64,000 nt of DNA from Ctenodactylus gundi. Lineage: Eukaryota. This document shows, piece after piece, positions 36,991 to 51,047 of this stretch. The notes under the pieces were generated by a model. That model worked only from the letters and a program-made list of their open reading frames with translations, made no database searches and was not told where the DNA came from. Position 1 is the stretch's first letter. Every line of letters starts with the position of its first letter. The translations under genes and the position numbers were made by a program. The stretch spans positions 4,239,768 to 4,303,767 of the forward strand of contig CM109711.1 of assembly GCA_048771875.1 (NCBI GenBank). Reading direction: 5' to 3'.

Positions 36991-37993
36991 CTGGGGATGG
37001 ACATTTAACCCTGAGACCTTTCTCACACCTTTCTAATCCCAAAATAGTTTCAACACATGAATAAGAAACTTGAGGTCCCTCTATCCTCATCTGCCTACTC
37101 CAGTGTTACACAGGAGGGGCCACCACGACAAGGCAGACTTTCTGTCTGGCTTTCCTCAGTTACTGTTCCCTCCTGGCTCACCACTGCTGCAGGTCTCAGT
37201 ATCTACTCCTCTTTTAGAGGGAGTAGATAAGATTCTCACTTGCAACATCCTTTTGCGAGGTTATTTCCTAAGAATATTTTCCCAAAGAAAGAGTCTAGAG
37301 CCCAGGGGAATGTCACATTAAGGCTCAGTGTCCAAACCCCAGAAGGCCCCCTCTCCAGCTCTCTTCTTCCCTGGCCCACCCTTTGGAAAGTGCTTCTCCT
37401 AGGTCTGCTGACCTTGACCCACCTGCTTTAAACACGGGGCCTGGACCATTATCCTCTGTCCTTTCACTGAATTTATCTCCTGAAGTCCTGCCCAAGTTGG
37501 TGCCTACACCCAACACCAGTTCCTCTCATCTTTACCTGTGAGCCCAGGTGTCCACGTCGAGCTCTCAGAACAGAGATTCTTTCTTCAGGCAGCCAGCAGC
37601 TCCTCACACACATACTGTCAACACCATGCTCCGACACAGAAACCTCTAACACCAAGAGATCTTCACTTTGGGCCATCACAAATGTGGTCAGAATTCACAG
37701 AGCCCATTGGGGTGATGGGATAGATACGTCAAGATTGTAAGTTGCTTTGAAATTTTTTAATTCCCAGGCCTAGAATTTTTTTTTTTTTTTGAAACAGGGA
37801 CCCATTCTGTAACCCAGGCTGGTCCTCATGTCACTATCTCACTGTGTAGCCCCAGTTAGTCTTGGACTCATAGCAGTCCTCCTATCTCAGCACCCCAAGG
37901 GCTGGGATTAGGGTACTGTTTTTTGTTGGTGGTAGCAGAGGGTTGCTTGTATTCTAATGGATTTCATCGTGACAAGATACGTCAGTCACATTT

Positions 37994-37997
<4 letters not shown>

Positions 37998-38036
<39 letters not shown>
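37998..38036. repeat. (TA)n microsatellite
   Basis: tatatatata... Confidence 0.9.
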
Positions 38037-38041
<5 letters not shown>

Positions 38042-38799
38042 CTTTTCAATGTGTAGAAAAGGCATTTATTTAGAAACAAGCGAGAGAGGAGGGTAAAAGT
38101 TCCTCCTATCTAGTAGTGAGCCCCAAGTAACTTACCCCTACATAAATGATTTTATAAAGAAATATGAAAATTGTTAAAATAAGCTCACAACTAACAAGTT
38201 TTTCTAAAAATAATTCCTTAATTTCCTTCAAATAATTCCATGGAACAGATTATTTTTGTCATTGCTTTTCCTTTTGAGATATAAATCATACAACATAAAA
38301 TTCACTTCTTCAAAGTATGCAATCCAAGTGGGCATGGTGGTGAATGCCTGTAATCCCACCATGCAGGAGGCTGAGGCAGGAGGACTCCTGTGACTCTGAA
38401 GCCTGCCTCACATCGTGAGTCCAGGGCCAGTGTGGACTAGAGAGCAATACCCTGTGTCTGAAACAAAAGAAAACACCACCTAGAGTATACAATTCAGTGC
38501 TTTTTAAAATTACTATATTCACAAAGTTATACAACTATCACACTTTCCTAATTCCAAAACGGTTTCAACACATCAACAAGAAACCTGGCAAGCACTACCA
38601 GTTCCTCATTCCCCTGCCCCCGTCTGCCTAGTTCAGCGTTACACAGGAGTGACCGTTACCACACGGCGCACTTTCTGTATGGCTTCCTTCAACTGCCCCC
38701 TCATGGCTCATCACTGCTGCAGGTGTCAGTACTGCATTGCTCTATGGTTGAATGTTATGGTGTGGATCTGGAATGTCCCCCAAGTGTATTGTATCTGGA

Positions 38800-39655
38800 A
38801 GTTGTTTTTATAGAGTTGTGTTTTAGAAAGAATAAATAAGATTAATAAATCTCTAGCCAAACTCACCAAAAGAAGAGAAAATTCACATTGATGCAACTAG
38901 AAATGAAAACAGCGAAATCACAACAGACAGCTAAAATCCAGGGGATTATCAGAAACTATTTTGAAAACCTACAGTCCAACAAATTCAAGGACTCAGAAGA
39001 AATGGATAAATTCCTAGACATACATGATGTATCAAAATTGAACCAAGAAGATATAAAAACTCTGAATACAGCCAACAGGCAGGGATGACACTGAGACAGT
39101 AATAAAGGGTCTGCCAACAACAACAACAAAAAAACAGGACCTGAGCATTCGTGGCAGATTTTATCAGATCTTAAGGGAAGAGTTAGGGCCAATGTTTCTT
39201 AAACTCTTCTGGGAAACTGCAAGAGAGGGAACACTGCCAAACTCCTTTCTGGAAGCAAGTATCATCTTGATCCTCAAACCAGATAAAGACCAACAAAGAA
39301 AGAACACTACAAGCCAATTCCCTTCATGAATATAGATACAAAATCCTTAAGAAGATACTTACAAACAGAACGCAACAAATTATTAAACATATGATACACC
39401 ATGGCCAACTTGACTTCATCCTTGGGATGCAAGGATGGTTCAACATACATCATTTGCAAGTCAATGTTAGTACACCACATGAAGAGAAAAACAAATCATA
39501 TGATGATCTCAAGATGCAAAAAAGCCTCTGACAAAACACAAATACAGCATGTATTCCTAATCAAAACTCCAATGAAAGTAGGTAACAAAGGATCTGACTT
39601 CAAGGTAATAAATGCCATTTATGACAATCCTGCCAACATCATCCTAAAGGGAAAA
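38800..39655 (+). mobile_element. L1 ORF2 fragment upstream of the KIF22 promoter (copy B)
   Basis: ORFs 38888..39088 and 39401..39661 resemble L1 ORF2. Only about 60% amino-acid similarity to the L1 at 16400-17230 in copy A. Confidence 0.55.
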
Positions 39656-40125
39656 TACTGAAAGCATTTTTATTAAAATCAGGAATACGACAATGGTGTC
39701 CCCTCTCACCACTCCTTTTGAACGTAATGCTCTAAGCCACAACAGGTCAGACTCAAAATTAAAAAGGAGTCATCCATGCTAAAGTTCTACACAGCCAAGC
39801 CGAAACTGCTCTTTCCAGAAATTAGGATGAAGAGGTTAACAACTAAATTTGGCAAAGAGGCCAGATTCACTTGGCATGATAACAAAGGTAACCTCAAGTA
39901 ACTCGATGCTGTCCTCCTACTCCCTCTCCCTGTAACACCTCCCGAGGTGAGAAGATCACTTTGGAGAAGGCCGATCCCCTCCTGTCTCCAACCTGCCTGT
40001 GTTATAACACCAACGCCTTCTGCTCAGCCTCCCGGGGCATTCACTCTAAGCTACGGCCTGAAGTGTTGCCCGACGCTAGAACAGCGTCAGCCACTCAAGA
40101 CCTTTACACTGTACTTCTGTCCTTT

Positions 40126-41062
40126 GGCAGGTAGAACGTAATGTCCAACCGGGGCCCGACCCGGAGCTCCGAAGGACCGACCATCCTCACCGGAGGGACA
40201 CGCGTGGACTTCGCAGCTGAACCCTCAAGGGATCGGCGCGAGCGTGACCAGGCAACCCGTAAGGCAGGACTGCAACGCTCGCTCCGAACAGCTGGCTGCC
40301 AAGTTACGAAGCGAGGTTGGCGGCGCTGGCGTCCTCGGCGCGGACACGAGACACGCGGGGCCACACGGCGGCTCTGGCTCGGTGAGACGTGCGCGACGCG
40401 TGACGGCACAGTGACTGCGCCCAGCCGGGGCGGGCGGCTCCGGTCCACGGAACCGACCCGACGTGGCAGCACGGCTGCTGCGTGACCACCTCGGCCTCAG
40501 GCGCAAAAAACTTCTGAAAAGATCAGCAGCCGTTCAGAGCAATCCGCTTCCTGATACTTTCAGCATTAAAGAGGCGAAAAGCGTACTCAGCGCTGGGAAG
40601 TTTTTGGATCCAGCGACCAAGCGGCTCCGACCACTGTCTCCTTGCTTCGTACCAAGATCGGAGCTGCAGGGGTCGCGGCGACTCTGCACGCACGGAAATG
40701 TACGCGCGGGAACCCCAGAGTCTGGACACGAAAGGAGCCCGGCGGGCACGGACGTTTCCCGCAACACAACGCCTCGAGCTTCCGGTGTCCGCCGGTGCCT
40801 AAGCTCGACCTCAGCGGCTCCGCGGCCAACGCCCTTGCGCCTGCGTCCTCGGCCGGGGGAAGCTTTAACGTGACGGACGGGATGTGAGCTTTAGAACGCG
40901 GGCTGGGGAAGAGCTACGATCAGGGGCTTCCGGTGATGCAGAGTCGTGATTGGTGAATCCTGGGAGGGGGGCGGGGCCCCGGGCAATTCGAATTAGAGAG
41001 GCGGGTCCGAAGCCGCGAGAGGAATGGACGCTGGGGCTTCGGCTCGTCGTTCCCGACGGGAG
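40126..41062 (+). promoter_or_regulatory. KIF22: KIF22 CpG-island promoter: CCAAT (40948-40952), GC box, CHR-like TTCGAA (40987-40992)
   Basis: Very GC- and CpG-rich. A reverse CCAAT box and a CHR element lie about 115 and 77 nt upstream of the ATG. This is the layout typical of G2/M genes. Confidence 0.7.
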
Positions 41063-41081
41063 ATGGCTGCGGCCACCTCAG
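41063..41081 (+). CDS. KIF22: KIF22 coding exon 1 (MAAATS + G), phase 1
   Basis: ATG at 41063 and donor gtacgt at 41082. Joins in frame to exon 2, giving [29 protein letters not shown]. Confidence 0.8.
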
Positions 41082-41865
41082 GTACGTGGGTCGTGCGAGG
41101 GTGAGGCGCGCACCAAAATCTGAAGCTTCATGGGGTAATGCGTCGGCGCCTGGTCAGGTCTCTGAAGGTGAGTGCAGAATGGCTCAGGGGCTGGAAGAGG
41201 AAGAAGGCGGCAATGTGAGCGACGCGAGCGCGTCAAGCCTCCACCCTCCGTGTTTGTGATCACAGCTTGAATCCGGTGACCCAGCGTAACACCCAGTTCC
41301 CGCCCAAGCGCTTGGTTCGAGCCCAGCGCAATGTCTCTATATAAAATTCGTTGAGGAATCAAAGCAAAAGTCGGCAAGATCTTACTGTAAGGATAAAGAG
41401 AGAGGAGCCGGTCGCGTTGTGTACGACGCGGTGTTTGGCCGGCTGGTGAGGTCCAGATCATACCGCAGGCGGGATTGAGCTGACAGCGTAAGGTGTGCGC
41501 ATCACAGACGGGGTGATAAAGGACTGTTTCCTTAAAGCCTGTGCCTGGACCTGAATGCTATTTATTGTCAGAAAGACGGTGCACACTTTCAGAATCTTGT
41601 ATGTGACTATTTGTTTACGTGTACCTCTTGTTGTTTTCTGTTGTGATTACTGTGGGACTGTAGCAGTTGACTTGCTCTACTTATTGTTGAAGAGGGATAT
41701 GTGGAAAGAAAGACATCTGGGGGTGTGATTTACACAGGTTGAGCCCTTGTTAGGCGCCAGGCACAACCTCAACATTTTATGGTGCTGAACCATGTAATAT
41801 CCACATAACACTGTTTGCGTTGTGTTTTGAGACACGGTCTTGCTAGGTAGTCCAGGCCTTGAAGG

Positions 41866-41896
<31 letters not shown>

Positions 41897-43329
41897 GGGG
41901 GTTTTTTTTGAGCAACATCCCCTTCCTGACCTGATGGTTGTGGGAGGGCTTCTTTAAGAAATTGCTGTCTGGCTGGACTGTGTGGCACAGTCCTGTAATC
42001 CAGCACTCTGGGTAGCTGAGACAGGAGAACTGCAAGTTTGAATCTAGTCTGGGTAACTTAGTGACTTTATCAAAAATCAAAAATTGGCCAGGTTTGGAGT
42101 TGAGTTCTTGGATGGAAATAAAGAGAGCTATAAGAGCACCTGACAAAGCCTCAGTCGAGTAGTGATGTCTGTAAAGGAAGGATAATTTTAAAAAAATTCA
42201 GATTTAATGTTTACTTGGAAGCTGGGGGATGCTGGTGAAGAGATTTCAGAAAGAATAGTATGTACAAAAAGGCCTACCGGTGTGAGAGAACTTTTTTGGG
42301 GTAGGATTTGAAGGAAATTTAGTATGGCTGAGAACTTAGAGTGTGAGGATGGAAGTGGAAGGGGGATTAAGGAGAGGCATGAGGTCAGCTGGGACGCTGC
42401 TGAGACAGTGACACTGGGCAAATACACAGCGGGTTGCAGTGGAACTAAAACATTTCTGTCCTAGGGCCTGTGCTAGTCATATAAGGTACAGAGTAAAGCA
42501 GGAAGAGGTTGCAGTGAGATGGGGAAGGATTCAGTTTAGGACAGTGGAGTGTGAGGTCCTGAGAGCCAGCAGCTCAGAATGTGGACCTGGAGTTCCCAGG
42601 TAGAGCCCTCCTGCGGAGGTACCAAATAGAAGCTGTTAATTGTAGATGTTAGTTGAAGCTAAGAAAGCAGCTGACCTTACCCCTGAAATGAACCTGAGGG
42701 GTCTGGGTGGGAGGAGGGCAATTTCGTCTTCCTTGGAACACTTGGAGATGCCCAAGGACCTTTTTGCAGCTGGTTACGGGGAATGCTACTGGGGTCTAGT
42801 AGGTTACAGGCTGCACAGCCCACAATGCACAGCACACCCCACAACAAAGAATCCCCAACCCAAAATGTAAGTAGTGTGGAAGTGGCAAAACCCTGGCCTA
42901 GAGAGAGGTTTGAGGGAACACAGGAAAAACATTTAAGACAAGCAGAAATTGAGGAGGAGTGAACAGAGAGCTAGTAAGAGAACCAGGAGAGGCGATGGCA
43001 TGGGCAGTAAGGGAATAAATAGTGTGTTGATCCTGCTGGAAAGTTTGGTAGGATTGGGACCTAGTGTGCCTACTGGATCTTGTGACCCTGGTGAATAGCA
43101 AGGACAAAGGCAAATTGCAGAGGATGTGATGTGAGCAGCAAGACAAAGGGTACATTAATCGTATTATTTACCGAAGGCTTGCTACCAGGCAGTGCACTGT
43201 GTTAAGCATTGTGTGTACATTATTACTGTGAATCAGTCTTATGATACTTTTTTTGGTAGTACATGGGATTAAATCCAGGGCTTTGGTACTGGGCTACATC
43301 CCAAGCCACTTTTATTTTTATTTATTTAT

Positions 43330-43759
43330 TTGAGACAAGTCTTGGTCTGTAGCCCAGGCTGGTCCTGAACTCACTATGGAGTCCAGGCTGTCCTTGGACT
43401 CACGGCAATCCTCCTGCCTCAGGCTTCTGAGTGCTGGGATTACAAGCGTGCGCCACCATGCCCAGTATATGTGGTGCTGGGGAATCAAACTCGGGTACTT
43501 AACACTTGACATAGCACTTGCTAGGCAAGTTCTTTAACCGCTGAGCCATTCCTCCAGCCCACCCCAGGCTGATCCTTAACTTACTGTGTAGTCCAGGCTA
43601 GCCTTGGACTCATGGCAATCTTCCTGCCTCAGCCTCCTGTGAGCTGGGAATGCGAGCATGCGCCACCACGCCTGGCTTTATGTGGTGCTGGGGAATCAAA
43701 CTCAGAGCCTTGCGTTTGCTAGGCAAGGTCTTTAAATGCTGTGCTATTCCTCCTACCCA

Positions 43760-43760
<1 letters not shown>
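43330..43760 (-). mobile_element. Two tandem antisense ID/B1 SINEs in KIF22 intron 1
   Basis: tttgagacaagtcttggtctgtagcccaggctgg...ttaaccgctgagccattcctccagcc, followed by a second copy and then the (ATT)n repeat. Confidence 0.55.

Positions 43761-43808
<48 letters not shown>
43761..43808. repeat. (ATT)n microsatellite
   Basis: About 16 ATT units in KIF22 intron 1. Confidence 0.9.
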
Positions 43809-45863
43809 TTTGAAACTGGGTCCCATCAGATCCTTTAAGCAGCATAGGCTGGGCTCAAATTTACTTCTCTCTTGCCTCAGCCTTCCAGATTGCTAGGATT
43901 ATAAACGTAGCCTGTTGTTATTTTTATAAAGACGAACAGGCTTGGAATGGTTGCATCTCAAAGTCACACAGCTTTTAAGTAGACCTTGTTTCTGATTCCA
44001 TGTCCCAGTGGGTTGAGGCGGCCTGGTAATTCATTGTAATCTTTGGAGCTGGACCTTTCTTTGAAGCTCTGGCGCCTGCTGTGGAACCTGGACAAGTTGG
44101 CCAACCGTGCTGTACCAAGGTTTCTTTATCTGGAAAGTGGGGATGACTATAAAAGAAAACATGCACTGAGCTTGTATCAAGTAGCAGATGCTGTTACAAG
44201 CGCTTTTACATGATTACTTCAATTACTCCCCTAACAATCTGATGAGTAGGCATTTTATTTATTTCCATTTTATAGGTAAGGAAATTGAAGTAGCAGGATG
44301 GTCATTTAGTTGTAAATGGCAGACTGGGATTTTAACTCAGGCCATTTTACTTAAATAGTGACTCTCCATACCATCACTGTGCAGGCGTTTTACCTGTAAC
44401 TTTTCTCGTAAAGCCCCTCCAAGGGCCACCTTATCTCATCCCATTTTACAGATGGAAACCAAGATGCATGGATGCTAAGTCCCTTTCCTGAGTATTTTTG
44501 TGTCTTTCTTCTTTCTCTCTTCACTTTAAAAAAAAGCCCTACAGAAGTGAAGCAGAGGAGGCTTCTGCACACATCTTTGACAAGTCAGTGAAGGTCTGTG
44601 CATTTCAGATTTCTGTTGCGTCCATGCTCTGCAGGGTTTATGGGTTTGCTCCAGACCTTCAGAATGCATGAAGAGCAAATGAGAACTGTGTATCCAAGTG
44701 TTCTGTCAATGATCAAGTGAGAAGTGGTGGTATTGGCTCCTTTTGTCAGATAAACAGGTCCTGATTTCAAACAGACCATCTGCTTGTGGGCACGCCTTAC
44801 TTATATGTAGGATTCTTTCCAGGGATAATCCGTCTGCCTTTCTGTCTTGCTATTTCTGGGTCCACATACATCAGTCCCCCCACACACACACACACTTTTT
44901 TTTTTCTTTCCTCAAGGCCCCTGGCTCCGAGTAACCAGCGGCCAAAGTCAAAGCTACCAAGAGTTTTCCCAGATGGTACATAAAAGGGAGGCTATTCAGC
45001 ATCTGCATTTAAAGGAGAATTTTGGAGTGAAGAGATCTAGGTTTGAATTTTATTAGCTATGAGCTTTACTAAGCTATCTTACTTTTAAGACTTTTTTTCA
45101 GCTCACTTAATCCTAACAAAAATAGAGGCTTTATTTGGTTTATGTTTTGGTTTTCTTATGATAAAAATAATTCATAATTGTTTTTTCCAGATGCCTTACT
45201 ATTAATCATCAGAAATAAACTAGCAAAAGACTTATGAGAATTGGACTTCTGCTCCTCCAACTGATTTCTTCTAGAGACATTCATAGGGTCATTTTTTTAA
45301 GTGCAAGCATTATAGCATTTCAAAATTAAGTAACATAAAATAGAAACCCACATTTCCTCCAGCAAGAGAAAAACACTTCACAGTTTAGGGGAATAAGTGT
45401 ATATTTACATCTGAGTATGGGTCATAAACTTCAGGAAAGAACAGAGTCAGGCAGTTCATGTCTAATGTTAGGAAGGGTCAGGTGTCAAGTCTTTCAGCCC
45501 TTAGGACAACCCTGTGATGTGCCTATCTGCTACACCTGGGCAACTCAGAAAGTGCCTCAGCCAGCCACAGCATCTGCAAACCTGTCAGAAAAGCTGAATC
45601 TCAGGCATCACCCCAGGGACTGAAGCTGAATCGGAGTTTTAGCAAGATCTTCCACATTATTTGCATACACATTACACTTTGAGAAACCTCTGCCCCCCAG
45701 CCGACTCACGTGACTGAGCATGGAAGGGAACAGGGTTGAGCTCGGGAGGCGCCCACAGCAAACCAGGGTAGAAAGTTTCCCCCTGGTTGTACTGGGCCCC
45801 ACAAGGTTGGTTCCCGCTTCCTTGGTTACCAGCAGACTTCATGCCTAAATCTCTCTCTTCCAG

Positions 45864-46059
45864 GTGCTGGTCGCTGTAGTCTACGCAAGGTAGGAGCTGG
45901 CCGGCGCCCACCTCCAGCTCGAGTGAGGGTGGCTGTGCGACTGCGGCCATTTTTGGATGGAACAGCAGGAGCAAGTGAACCCCCCTGTGTACGAGGCATA
46001 GACAGCTGCTCTCTTGAGGTTGCCAACTGGAGGAACTACCAGGAGACTCTCAAATACCA
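45864..46059 (+). CDS. KIF22: KIF22 coding exon 2 (..[65 protein letters not shown])
   Basis: Acceptor ag at 45862-45863 and donor gtaagt at 46060. Matches human KIF22 ([53 protein letters not shown]). Confidence 0.9.
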
Positions 46060-47869
46060 GTAAGTACAGTAAAGTTCAGCCCCTCCTTCCCTCTCCTAGG
46101 ACTGCTTCCATCATCACTTGCCCAGATAGTTTCTTGGGCATTCAGGAAATGATCCTGGGTGCCCACCCTTACTATGTGACCGAGCCTGCTCAGTCAGTCA
46201 GCGGGTACTCGGGTACTCGAGTGGGAGAGTGCGGATTGAAAAAAAAAAACATGGACTCTTGCAAGGGATGCTGCAAAAGACACTTCATTTTTTACAGTTT
46301 TTCCTTTTATACACCAGTTGTTTACCAGCTTCTACATTTCCTTATCAGTGCTGTCAAGAACAAAGAGCAGACCAAGGTATGCTTCTACATTTCCGTATCA
46401 ATGCTTGTTAAGAGCAGACCAAGGAAGAACATCTGGGCTTAGGTTTAAAGTACAGGTAGTAAGTAATTCTTTGTAGGAAGGAACCCTGCCAAGGTCTGCA
46501 ATGCTGAGGCTCGCAGGCCGCCCACGAGGGCCCCAACATAGTTGTCAGGGGAAGGGATAGAGGTTGGATCAGACAACATTCCCATTCACAGTCATGGAGG
46601 GGATATGGCACAACGGGAGCAGCAAAGATGGGCACGGAGCACCCCAAGTGGGTCCTTGGGAACACTTGGGTGAGAAAACGCAGACCACCTGGCCAAGCCA
46701 GGCGGAGTTGGCAGTGTCAGAGGGGACTGCTTGGATTTAAGGAATAGTGCTCACAAGGGCAGCTACTTGCAAATTCCAGTGGGGCTGGAAGTTCAGTTTC
46801 CTTGGCCCCTCCTAGGTGGAGTAGCCAACCTCAGCTGCAGGTCAGAGCAGATCAGGAGTCTTTCTGTAAATTGATTTATCATTTATTTACATGTTGCTCT
46901 TAGCTGCTTTGGAACTACAACTGAGAGCTGAGTAGTTATGAAAGGAACTCAATGGCCCAGGAAGTCTGAAATGTTTACCATCTGGCTCTTTATAGGAAAA
47001 TTTTACTGGCTCCCATTCTAGACCTTTAGTAATTTGCCTTCAAGGGGCTGGAGGAATGGCACAGTGGTTTAAGTGCTTGACTTGCAAGTGCAAGGCCCTG
47101 AGTTTGATTCCCCAGCACCATGTGAAGCTGAGTATGGTGGTACAAATTTGGCTTCAAGCATGAGGCCTCTCTGCCCTTGCCAGCATCTGAGCGGTTCTCT
47201 CCATAGGCCACCTCCTTAATCAGTTCAGGTTCCATGCAGGGTGAAGAGTGGGCTTTTAGTACTTTGGGACATGGTCCTGTGATTGGCCTTTGGCCATGCT
47301 GCTGCCCAACTCCACTCCCCTCCCTGGGACTGGCCCCTAGCCCGAGTGCCTTTGATAGGTGGGCTGTGCCGTGGGGTCCTGCACTTGCTGAGCTTCCCCA
47401 TCATGGGATTGAGGAAGGGAATTGCTACAGTCCCTCCAGTGTACAGAGGGTGTTGGCGTAGCCAGCGGGATTCCTTATCTGGATCCCTTCCTCACACCCA
47501 GGGAAGTAGTTCTAAATTTTTAAATTTTTGTTTGAAATAAAATCCTTAGTTAGCCAAAATAAATAAATAAATAATAATTTGGCTTCAGTTTCTCTTCAGC
47601 TTTATCCCATCAATATGTCCTTTATTCCCTGCTTTAGCCTAAGCCGCAGCCTCTCCTGCAGCACAGTTAATGGGCTGTAAGCGTGCTGAGTCTCGTCCAG
47701 TGCTGAGCAGCACCCTCTTACCTACCTCTTACTATTGGTGCCCAATAATACTCTATATATGCTGCCTTGGGAAAATCAGGAATACCTGCTCTTCCTCATT
47801 GTGTCTTATACACGTGTTACTCCTGATATACAGAACTAATTTCTTTTTATTATTTTCCTTAGGATAAAT

Positions 47870-49000
47870 AAAGTTTTCCCCCCAATTTTATTGATACGTA
47901 TAAGTGCAAAATTTAAGGTTTACATTGTTTTGGGGCATTTTGTGCACATACATATCTAGTTAAGGTAACAAGACCTTCCCTGCCTTCCTTTCGATCCACC
48001 CCCTACCCACTCCCATAACCCACCCCACCCCATCCCCACCCTCCCCCTGTTCCCTTTATTTTTCACTTAACATTCTGTGAGATAATTGTGATCTGGGATC
48101 TGGGTTTCTCTTATCAGAGAGACCATTCAATATTTCACCTTATGCTTCTGACGCACTTCACTAAGCATGATGGCCTCAAGTTTCCTCCATTTGCCTACAA
48201 AAGCCTCCAAGCTGTCAGACTTTATAGATGCATAGTATTCCATTGTGTATAAATACCACAGTTTGTGTATCCATTGGTCTGTTGGTGGGTATTTTGGTGA
48301 CTTCCACATTTTAGCTACTGTTAGTTGTGCTGCTGTGAACATGGGTGTACATGTATCTCTGTTGTATTCTCTTTAACTCTTGGGAATATTCCCAGGAGAG
48401 GTATAGCTGGATCGAAGGGGATATTTATTTCCAATCTTTTGAGAAACCCCCATACTGCTTTCCATAGCAGTTGTTCCAATTTATGTTCCCACCAGCAGTG
48501 CAGGAGGGTTCCTTTCTCCCCACTGCCTTGCCAGCACTGATTGCTATTTGAGTTGTTGATATAGGCCATTCTCTCTGGAGTTAGATGGTATCTTAGCAGT
48601 GTTTTGATTTGCATTTCCCTATGGCTAGGGATGTTGAACAACTTTTCATGTATCTATTGGCCATTTGTACTTCTTCCTGAGAAAATTGCCTCTTCATTTC
48701 TTTTGCCCATTTTTCAATGGGATCCTTGATTTTGGTAGGCTTACTTTTCTTCAGTTCCCTATATATTCTGGTTATGAGCCCCTATCTGAGGTGTTGGTGG
48801 TGAATATTTTTTCCCAGTCTGTTGGTTCTCTTTTTCAGAACTAATTTCTTCCTTGATTTTCTCTCTTTACTTTTTTCTGGCAAAATCTTCCTCCAGCAGA
48901 ATAATTTCACCCTTCTAGTATGTTCTCCTTATTTTTGGAATCACAGCAAAGTATAGGTATCTATACTTTGGCGAAAATCCCAAGAGCAGCAACTTCGGCT
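47870..49000 (-). mobile_element. L1 3' end (ORF2 C-terminus plus 3' UTR) in KIF22 intron 2
   Basis: Minus-strand ORFs 48127..48342 and 48321..48641 are the L1 ORF2 C-terminus (..[36 protein letters not shown]..). The T-rich RC of the polyA tail lies at about 47870. Confidence 0.7.
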
Positions 49001-49091
49001 CTTTGTAAGCTTTCTTAGCACCAGTCTAGCCACTGGGACAGAACTTGTGTTCGATGCTTTTAAGTTCTTTGAGCAAGAAAAGGAATAGTGA

Positions 49092-49334
<243 letters not shown>

Positions 49335-49394
49335 TGAGTCAGAAAGGTCTAGAAAAATAGAAAAACCTCCTAGCTTTCTCTGTTCTTTCTCCAG

Positions 49395-49549
49395 GAAAGA
49401 CACACACAATGCTGGGCAGCCCAGAGCAGCCTGGAGTGATTCCTCGCGCTCTCATGGACCTCCTACAGCTCATAAGGGAGGAGGGCGCTGAGGGCCGGCC
49501 ATGGGCGCTCTCTGTCACTATGTCCTACTTAGAGATCTACCAGGAAAAG
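49395..49549 (+). CDS. KIF22: KIF22 coding exon 4 ([52 protein letters not shown])
   Basis: Completes the P-loop GAGKTHTM. Acceptor ag at 49393-49394 and donor gt at 49550. Confidence 0.9.
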
Positions 49550-49639
49550 GTGAGGCCTGTCTGTAGTTGAGACAAGAAGAAACAAGGTCAAAGAAGTTGG
49601 GGGAGGGGGTTCTAGGACATGAAGCTCTGCTGTAGTATG

Positions 49640-49850
49640 AAGGTAAGGTGAGGGATGGGGCTGAAAGCTTGCCTAGCATACACAAGACCCTGGATTTGAT
49701 TCCCCAGCACCACATAAAAATAATTAGCAATTGGCACTTGGGAGGCTGCGGCAGAATAATTGTCATGAGTTCAAGGCCAGCTTGGGCTACATTGCGAGTC
49801 CAGGACCAGCCTGGACTACAGAGTGGTATCCTATCTTAAAAAAGAAGGTA
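49640..49850 (+). mobile_element. ID/B1 SINE in KIF22 intron 4
   Basis: ggctgaaagcttgcctagcatacacaagaccctggatttgattccccagcaccac...ggaggctgcggcag... Confidence 0.55.
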
Positions 49851-49985
49851 ATATTAGACCTGGTGTCAGAGGTAGAGGTAATAGACAGTAAACTCTGAGA
49901 TTCCAACAGAGAACCAGAGACCTGTTCCCAGGAAATAAGCAGCCTGTGCATGGAAACTTGGCCCTACCTGTCACTGCTCAAATAG

Positions 49986-50240
<255 letters not shown>

Positions 50241-50274
50241 TAAGCTGAGTCCAGGGTCCTTGTTCTTTTCCTAG

Positions 50275-50800
<526 letters not shown>

Positions 50801-50911
50801 TAGGGGAAGCAGGAGTAGAAAGGCCAGGTCTGGACAACTGGGGAGTTTGTTGAAGTCACTAAACATCAGTACAGAGGTTGATCATACCCCATACTCTCAA
50901 TGTCCTACTAG

Positions 50912-51047
50912 CCTTGGCACCTGTTAAGCTGTCTCAGAAAGAACTGCTAGGCCCAGCAGAAGCAAAGAAAGCCCGAGGTTCTGAGGAAGAGGACAGTGGG
51001 AGCCCTGAGCCTGCAGCAGCTCCAGCCTCTGCCTCCCAGAAATTCAG
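50912..51047 (+). CDS. KIF22: KIF22 coding exon 8 ([45 protein letters not shown])
   Basis: Acceptor ag at 50910-50911 and donor gtgagc at 51048. Confidence 0.85.

Larger units (their letters stand above)
39655..41650 (+). repeat. Segmental duplication block II, copy B (the genuine KIF22 5' end)
   Basis: Carries an extra ~340 bp (41118-41460) that is absent from copy A. Confidence 0.85.

Noticed and set aside
45672-45974. 100-aa minus-strand ORF overlapping KIF22 exon 2
   Set aside because: It is antisense to a well-supported KIF22 coding exon in a GC-rich region. No independent support.
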